This document shows positions 9,839 to 15,754 of a DNA stretch of 31,539 nucleotides, in pieces (positions within the stretch are counted from its first letter, which is position 1; each line of letters starts with the position of its first letter). A program made the position numbers and the translations under genes. The notes beneath the pieces are model-generated. The model searched no databases. It saw only the letters and a program-made list of their open reading frames with translations, and had not been told where the DNA came from. Source of the stretch: a virus (taxonomy: Duplodnaviria > Heunggongvirae > Uroviricota > Caudoviricetes); IMG/VR virus record IMGVR_UViG_3300009941_000125, positions 1-31,539 of that record; one strand, 5' to 3'.

Positions 9839-9959
9839 GAGGTTCAGTTGGGAAACTAACCTCTGCACGTGGTAAAAACCACCTTAATTTTTTTAATAAT
9901 CTTCTTTATGCATAAAGTATCTTATTTCGTTGCTATTGCAACTGAGTTATCACTCAATT
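9839..9959 (-). promoter_or_regulatory. Hairpin-dense intergenic leader upstream of the capsid gene
   Basis: Five inverted repeats read directly, at 9839-9863, 9869-9882, 9904-9917 (perfect 14-bp palindrome), 9929-9942 and 9940-9959. Function inferred only. Confidence 0.55.
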
Positions 9960-9963
9960 TAAA

Positions 9964-11664
9964 TTACTGGTCGTCGCCGAAACCTTTACATAGGGCATGT
10001 GCAAACAATGCATCTTCAGTTAAACCTTCGCCTTGAGACTTTTCAATTTTTTCATTAGTGGCTATAACGCCTTTTCTACCTTCAGAAACCTCTAATGATT
10101 TTTGAATAGGGGCTACTGCAGCTCTAACAGCTTTTTCTACGAGAGATTCAATATCAACAGATTTAGTTCTGTCTTTACCATAATTTTTCATAGGTTCTTC
10201 ATCAGCAGCACCAGCTAATTTCTTAAAAGGAGCATTTTGAGGAACAGAAATATCTTCTGGGCTTGTTCTTTTACCTGTTGATGGTTTAATGTAATTCTTA
10301 CCTTCAAATTCTTGGATACATTCACCTGAATCTTCAGAAGCACCTGTTTTTAGGACTTCAAGATTCTTTTCAACGGTTTCGTCAGCTTCATCTAAATATT
10401 TACAAAGTTCAACATAATCTTGTTCATCTAATTCTGGCAAATTTGATTTTTCCATTTCTTCATCAGCTTCAAAGTCTTGAGAAAAATCGTACCCACATTT
10501 AGGGCAAAATTTAACTTCATAATCTACATCACCCATTTCAAAATTTGTATTACAACTCTTACATTTCATTTTTTTGTTCACCTCCTCTTTTTCTTCTTCG
10601 TTCTCTTCGTTATCATCTTCACTATCATCGTCTCCAACAATCTCTTCTGTATTATCATCAGTTGAACCGTCTTCTGGAGTTTCCTCCTCGCCAACAGTTT
10701 CTTCTTCAATTGTCTTTTCTGCGTTATTATCTTCTGTTTTTTCACCAGCTAAGATTCTATCTATTTTTGAAGAAACATCTTGTAACAATGCTATCACATT
10801 AGAATCACCACTTGTACTAGAATCAGTTACAGTACCAGTATCAACACCAACTGCGGTATCTTCTACAGCACCAACATCAGCAATTCCCTCACCAGGTTCT
10901 TCAGTAGTTGCTACTGTCGCTTGTTCTGCAACGCCTGGAACAGCAGGAACTTGTCCAGTAGGAACTGCTCCTTCTGGTTTTATACCAAGTAAGCTTTCTA
11001 AATTATCTAAGGCTCCTTTGATTCTTTCAACATCTTCTGGTCCTAAATTTCCTTCTGCAGCTTTTTCTATGCTGCTTATTGCATGCTCTACTTTCAATGC
11101 TTTTTCAAGTTTATTCACAGTATTTTTCACCTCACTCCCTTCTATATTTAAACTTTTCGCCATGGAAAAAACTGCTTCCGGGTTTACTGGAAGTCCAGTT
11201 AGTGACAATTCTCTAATTGTCATTTTTTTAATTCTTCTTATTTCTTTACTTGTGACGCTATCAACATCAGGAATAGTTTCTAAAGCATCTCCACCCATTG
11301 AACACCCTCTTAAAATTCCTTGTTCGATTAATTCCCAAATAGGATCTCCTAATCTACCTTTAGCAACTTCAGCTTTAAACCATATTCCCTGTGGTTTAGC
11401 TTTTGCCTCAATAACACTTCCAATAGGTAAGGAAAGTTCTTTTCTTCTATGCTCAATAAACAGTGGAATTGGATTTCCCTCTGTATTCCTTGTATTAATT
11501 TCATCTGCAGCAAAAGGATATGCTGCTGGATCTGTTATTTCATTCTCTAAATCTAAAGCAGGCGTTGTCATATATCCTTCTATATATCTATGACCAGAAG
11601 ATTTCAATTTGTTTTCAATGGCCTTATTAATATCTAGACTAATATTACCTTTTAATGATCTCAT
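9964..11664 (-). CDS. HK97-type prohead protease fused to an acidic scaffold-like region with a Zn ribbon, 566 aa
   Basis: YIEGYMTTPALDLENE...LFIEH...PIG...GIWFKAEV...GCSMGG...ELSLTGLPVNPEA is a prohead protease domain (His and Ser motifs present). It is followed by a D/E-rich linker, CKSC..CPKC and several EKS/EKA motifs. Confidence 0.92.
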   Translation of the reverse strand: MRSLKGNISLDINKAIENKLKSSGHRYIEGYMTTPALDLENEITDPAAYPFAADEINTRNTEGNPIPLFIEHRRKELSLPIGSVIEAKAKPQGIWFKAEVAKGRLGDPIWELIEQGILRGCSMGGDALETIPDVDSVTSKEIRRIKKMTIRELSLTGLPVNPEAVFSMAKSLNIEGSEVKNTVNKLEKALKVEHAISSIEKAAEGNLGPEDVERIKGALDNLESLLGIKPEGAVPTGQVPAVPGVAEQATVATTEEPGEGIADVGAVEDTAVGVDTGTVTDSSTSGDSNVIALLQDVSSKIDRILAGEKTEDNNAEKTIEEETVGEEETPEDGSTDDNTEEIVGDDDSEDDNEENEEEKEEVNKKMKCKSCNTNFEMGDVDYEVKFCPKCGYDFSQDFEADEEMEKSNLPELDEQDYVELCKYLDEADETVEKNLEVLKTGASEDSGECIQEFEGKNYIKPSTGKRTSPEDISVPQNAPFKKLAGAADEEPMKNYGKDRTKSVDIESLVEKAVRAAVAPIQKSLEVSEGRKGVIATNEKIEKSQGEGLTEDALFAHALCKGFGDDQ

Positions 11665-12095
11665 TATTCTTCCCCTCCTAGGGCTTTTTCTATAATTTTT
11701 GGTAAACTTTTTATTAATGTTTTTTCCATAGACTTAATCATTCTTGTTACTAACACTTTATTAATCATTTTTTCTGGATCAGTTATTCCTTTAATTCCAT
11801 TTTTATAACTTTTAACCCAATTTTTAGCATCTTTTAAATACCAATGTTTAATGCCATATGCATTTTTACTTTTATTAAAAATTAATGTTTGTATTTTTCT
11901 TACATCAGGGCTATTTTTAAAACCACCGGTTACCGCTAACACTCCACCTTCAAGGCTCAAGATAATGGTCTTCATTGTGCTTTTATCAAATTTATCTACT
12001 CTTCTTTGTCTAACTCTTATTCCGGAGTTAATTATGGACTTAAAAAATTGCTTTACCTCTTCTTGGCTTCTAACTACTTTTTCTTTATTAAACAT
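11664..12095 (-). CDS. Head-region hypothetical protein, 143 aa
   Basis: Coupled to the protease by TAATG; IRVRQR..DKF...KTI...GVLAVTG...IQTLIFNK...AKNW resembles a small domain I recall from phage head regions (unverified). Confidence 0.7.
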   Translation of the reverse strand: MFNKEKVVRSQEEVKQFFKSIINSGIRVRQRRVDKFDKSTMKTIILSLEGGVLAVTGGFKNSPDVRKIQTLIFNKSKNAYGIKHWYLKDAKNWVKSYKNGIKGITDPEKMINKVLVTRMIKSMEKTLIKSLPKIIEKALGGEE

Positions 12096-13033
12096 TTCTT
12101 TATCCTTTTAAGTTTTTCTTTCAACTCTAAATTTCTGTCTAACTCTTCTTTTGTTCCAGGGATAACACCATATGGTTCTTCAAGTGTACTATCAACGTAT
12201 AAAGTATTATTGTAATTCTTACTAAGTAAACTCTTCATTCTCTCTATCGAATTTTTAACTTCATAATCAACAAACTCTTTTCCTCTAAAAATATGATTCT
12301 TTAAAAATTCAAACCTCTCCGGCTCTAATTTCCTAAACAAAGTTGGATTTAAAACATAGTTAACATAACTTTCTGCAAAATCTTCTCGAGGGCTAGTAAC
12401 TCCATACCAAGATATTTTCATTCTTTTATCTGGTTTTTGATAAAACCCTTCGTGTTTAATTCTACTTTCAATAAATTTAACATCATCATCTTCAACAGTT
12501 GTTAATCTTTCTCTAGGGATCTCTCTAAACGAATTTAAGGCGTATTTAAAGCCTTGATTTCTTAATTTTTTATGCCCATTCTTATTATTAGCGATTGCCC
12601 ATCCAAAATGTTTATAAAAATTTTCCATATCATTTTCATCTCTACGCTGATCAACAGCATGTCCTATTTCGTGTATTAATAACTCATAAAAAGAGGGAAC
12701 ATGCTTAATTCTATGAAATGGATGAATTTTTCTAAACTCTGGAGAAAATAGTTGATTACTCAAAGTTATAGTCTTAGTTTTTCTATTATGTTTACTATAA
12801 AAACTATCATTATCCTCAATATTAATGTGTTTAATATCTGGATTCTTTTTTATGTGCCAATCCGGTAGGTTTGATTGTAAGATAACATTAGCTACTGCTT
12901 TTAAACGAGGGTAATCATCAATATCAATACTTATTCCATAATTATTTCTTATTTTTTTTTGTAGCTCGAAGACTTTTGGATCTAGCGCTTTTTTTATTTG
13001 TTGTATTCTTTCTAAAACCTGTCTTTTGGACAT
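12074..13033 (-). CDS. Zincin-like metallopeptidase (HExxH), 319 aa
   Basis: LIHEIGHAVD zinc motif plus downstream SWYGVTSPREDFAES third-ligand motif and LEPERFEFL, as in anthrax lethal factor-like/MuF-associated peptidases. Confidence 0.85.
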   Translation of the reverse strand: MSKRQVLERIQQIKKALDPKVFELQKKIRNNYGISIDIDDYPRLKAVANVILQSNLPDWHIKKNPDIKHINIEDNDSFYSKHNRKTKTITLSNQLFSPEFRKIHPFHRIKHVPSFYELLIHEIGHAVDQRRDENDMENFYKHFGWAIANNKNGHKKLRNQGFKYALNSFREIPRERLTTVEDDDVKFIESRIKHEGFYQKPDKRMKISWYGVTSPREDFAESYVNYVLNPTLFRKLEPERFEFLKNHIFRGKEFVDYEVKNSIERMKSLLSKNYNNTLYVDSTLEEPYGVIPGTKEELDRNLELKEKLKRIKKCLIKKK

Positions 13034-13337
13034 TGTTAGCGTGTTCCTTTAGTAAATTTATTTGATAATCTATATCTTTCTTTAAGTTTTCTAAGCTCTT
13101 AATCTTTGTTTTTGTTTTAAAATTAAATGCTTTAGTTCTATTTTCTATTGCTTCTTTGCAAAATTCATTAAATATCCAACTTTCTACATCTTCAATAGTT
13201 CCACAAATATGAGCAACTTCGCCAAAACCAATAACTTTTTTGTCTGTAATCTTCATCCAAAAGGCATTATTATACCCAATATCTGGTAATATTAATTCTT
13301 CTTGAGTATTTGCTGTAATTTCATTATAATTTTTCAT
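12942..13337 (-). CDS. Hypothetical protein after the portal, 131 aa
   Basis: Fills the portal-peptidase gap; overlaps the portal by 14 nt and the peptidase by 92 nt, so the 3' end is uncertain. Confidence 0.6.
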   Translation of the reverse strand: MKNYNEITANTQEELILPDIGYNNAFWMKITDKKVIGFGEVAHICGTIEDVESWIFNEFCKEAIENRTKAFNFKTKTKIKSLENLKKDIDYQINLLKEHANNVQKTGFRKNTTNKKSARSKSLRATKKNKK

Positions 13338-14865
13338 TGCTATCTTTTACGAATTTATTGTAAATTAAAGCTCTATAAATTTCATACTTTAATTGCTGAA
13401 ACATTTTTGAAAGAGATTTGTTATTGCCTTGCGCGTTTTTATCAACAGCATTAATTACTTCTTTCTTTAATAAATTAAACGCTGAAGGAAGATCTTTTGA
13501 AGCCTCTTCAATTTCTAAATCTATAGATGGTTCACCTTCAAGATTTCCTTCTTCTTCACCAAGCTGTGGTCCACCGAAAGGAGATTGGCTGCCATCATTT
13601 TGTAGCGGTTCAAGTCCTTCTTCTTTTCTAACCTCATCAGCTGTAACAACACCAGACATTATTCTTATGTTATCATATTGAGCTTTTTGCATTTTATCTT
13701 GTAAAGATTGCTCTTCAATAAATTCAAACTTTAAATTTTCAAAGCCAAACTCATCCCAAATAATATCTCTTGTTAAATAATAAGAAATTTTATCCATCAT
13801 TGGGTAGATAGCTTTATTTTTAAAAGCTTGAGATTGTAGTAATTGTCCTGTAGCAGGGGCACCTTTAACATCTTCTGTCCAGCCGACTTCTGAAGGAGTT
13901 ACTCCAAATACTGCTAAAATAAGTTTTAATAACCAATTCATATAGGTATTAAATTCCATATCTTTAGGTGTAATAGCAATAGGAGTCCATTTAGTTCCAC
14001 TTGAAGCTCCACCTACAACAAATGTTCTATGTGGTTGCTGTTGGTTCTCTGCCTGCCAATATGTTCTAAATCTATCTAGCTGATCTTCTTGAATATTAGG
14101 CCCTAAATCTAATACCCCTCTTGGAGTTGAACTGTTTTCAAAATATTTAAGGTTGTAAGTTTCTCCGTATAAAAATCCAGATACAATATTATTTAAAGAC
14201 TCTAAGGGAGACATACCGTATAGACTATCTGTTCGAGGGTTCATCATTAAATAAATAATATTTCTATTTTCAAACTGTTGAGGTTTTATTCCCTCTTGAT
14301 TTAATTCTTGCCAATAACTTTTAATTGTTCCATGTCTATCTGCATCAATCGTTATGGTTCCGCCATCAATAGCGTAAAGCTCACTTATTTTACCAGCTTT
14401 ATTTCTAACTTTTTCAAACACTCCAGAATCTAAAATAAGTAAATCTCGCATCATCTTTTCAAGAATAGTCCTAAAGTTTTCATTATTATGATTAGGATTT
14501 TCAAAGAAATGTTTTACTTCTTTTATTTGTTTTTCTTGTGCTGCTTTTTGTGTTTCATCTAATTTCTGATCTTTCTCTTTAGGCATAATATCCCAATTAG
14601 CGGAAGTAACTTCATTAATAATTGTATCTACGGCTACTCTAACAATAACGTTATATTGATACATTAATCTAGCAGCTTGTGGTGCTAGTTGTCTTGCAAC
14701 TGTAGTTTTGTTTTGGCCATATCTATTATAACTTTTGTAGCCAGGAAGCCAAGCTTTCATAGATTTCTGCATTGGTGTTTGTTGCTCTTCTTCTACGCCA
14801 TATTGCGCTTTAAAAGCTTTTTCTATTCCAGCATTAAATTTTTCTCTAAAACTTTTGAATACCAT
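13324..14865 (-). CDS. Portal protein (HK97-type), 513 aa
   Basis: VRVAVDTI...RDLLILDSG.FEKVRN..G.ISELYAIDG.TI...YGMSPLE...YF.N.STP.GVL...DMEF...I.AVFGVTP.E.G...GVVTADEVR..EGL.P are hallmark portal motifs. Confidence 0.95.
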   Translation of the reverse strand: MVFKSFREKFNAGIEKAFKAQYGVEEEQQTPMQKSMKAWLPGYKSYNRYGQNKTTVARQLAPQAARLMYQYNVIVRVAVDTIINEVTSANWDIMPKEKDQKLDETQKAAQEKQIKEVKHFFENPNHNNENFRTILEKMMRDLLILDSGVFEKVRNKAGKISELYAIDGGTITIDADRHGTIKSYWQELNQEGIKPQQFENRNIIYLMMNPRTDSLYGMSPLESLNNIVSGFLYGETYNLKYFENSSTPRGVLDLGPNIQEDQLDRFRTYWQAENQQQPHRTFVVGGASSGTKWTPIAITPKDMEFNTYMNWLLKLILAVFGVTPSEVGWTEDVKGAPATGQLLQSQAFKNKAIYPMMDKISYYLTRDIIWDEFGFENLKFEFIEEQSLQDKMQKAQYDNIRIMSGVVTADEVRKEEGLEPLQNDGSQSPFGGPQLGEEEGNLEGEPSIDLEIEEASKDLPSAFNLLKKEVINAVDKNAQGNNKSLSKMFQQLKYEIYRALIYNKFVKDSNEKL

Positions 14866-14874
14866 TTTCGCTCC

Positions 14875-15255
14875 CTACCCCCTTGTTATATAGTAAAAAA
14901 CTAAGACAAAGACTCCTGCCCAAAACCAAGTAACTCCAAACCAAGTAATTAGTGCAAGCATAAATAAAGATAAACATGAAAATAGAGTAATTTCAGTTAA
15001 AACAAAATCTCTAGTTCTCTTTGTTGCTACCCAAAACTTAATTCCTTCAACTAATATAATTGAAATAACAGAAGTTATCTTATCTACTAATGACAAGCTA
15101 TTGTTTTTTAATATGCCCCAAAAATCTAACTTATTTTCATCTAAATTAATGATTTTAGTTTCACCACATTTAGGACATTTAATTTCTTTCAATTGTTCTT
15201 CACTTAACTCTTCTTTTTTAAATATATTTCCACAAACAAAACATTGTAATCTCAT
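14875..15255 (-). CDS. Zn-ribbon plus membrane protein, 126 aa
   Basis: CFVC...CPKC at the N-terminus; hydrophobic C-terminal helices (LFSCLSLFMLALITWFGVTWFWAGVFVLVFYY). Confidence 0.8.
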   Translation of the reverse strand: MRLQCFVCGNIFKKEELSEEQLKEIKCPKCGETKIINLDENKLDFWGILKNNSLSLVDKITSVISIILVEGIKFWVATKRTRDFVLTEITLFSCLSLFMLALITWFGVTWFWAGVFVLVFYYITRG

Positions 15256-15270
15256 CTTTACTCCTCCCTA

Positions 15271-15681
15271 TTAACGATATAATGGATCCGTATTGTATCT
15301 ACTCACTGTGTTGCTAGCAATCTTTGCATCAATAAATTTATTTACATCATCCATTATTGATTTAACGACTGTAGCTTCACCTTCATCATCTGGATTGTAA
15401 GATTTAGTTCTCTCCGCTAATGCTCTCATAACACTTCGTTCTACCGTAAACACATCTGCATATGTTAGTGCTGCTAAATCTGTATACTTTCTACCAATCA
15501 TTGGTTCAGGACCTTTTGTAACTACATCATCTTTATCAACCCAAAGTCTACATCCATGCAACCATTTTAAATCTGCTTCTCCGCCATACTGAGTGATTGA
15601 TTTGTCTATTTTTTGAGACTTTTCCATATTAATCCCTTCAACAACTTTCATTCCACTCTGATCTGATATGTATTGTTTCAT
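15271..15681 (-). CDS. Hypothetical protein with KS motifs, 136 aa
   Basis: GAGGGTGA RBS; N-terminal leader ending NMEKS/IDKS. Confidence 0.75.
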   Translation of the reverse strand: MKQYISDQSGMKVVEGINMEKSQKIDKSITQYGGEADLKWLHGCRLWVDKDDVVTKGPEPMIGRKYTDLAALTYADVFTVERSVMRALAERTKSYNPDDEGEATVVKSIMDDVNKFIDAKIASNTVSRYNTDPLYR

Positions 15682-15746
15682 TACTTTTTTTCACCCTCTT
15701 TATTTATTAATTCTTCTATTATAATAAAATGTTCTCTTAATGTCAT
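15681..15746 (-). CDS. 21-aa mini-ORF MTLREHFIIIEELINKEGEKK (not in ORF track)
   Basis: Exactly bridges the gap (TAATTATG upstream, TAATG downstream); the first 9 codons are identical to the start of 20933..21784. Confidence 0.55.
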   Translation of the reverse strand: MTLREHFIIIEELINKEGEKK

Positions 15747-15754
15747 AATTATTT
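15719..15754. repeat. 36-bp exact direct repeat, copy 1 (copy 2 at 21757..21792)
   Basis: TTATAATAAAATGTTCTCTTAATGTCATAATTATTT is present at both positions. Confidence 0.9.

Noticed and set aside
9909-9941. Sigma70-type promoter TTGCAA-N16-TACTTT (minus strand) upstream of the capsid gene
   Set aside because: Weak -10 match in AT-rich DNA; insufficient to call without transcript data.
9789-9966. T4 gene 60-style ribosomal bypass fusing scaffold to capsid
   Set aside because: A hairpin follows the stop, but I found no convincing matched take-off/landing codons, and the capsid gene has its own RBS (AAGGTGG) and start.
10574-11593. 339-aa plus-strand ORF
   Set aside because: Ser/Phe-rich antisense shadow of the Glu/Lys-rich protease-scaffold gene; no motif; opposes a uniformly minus-strand operon.
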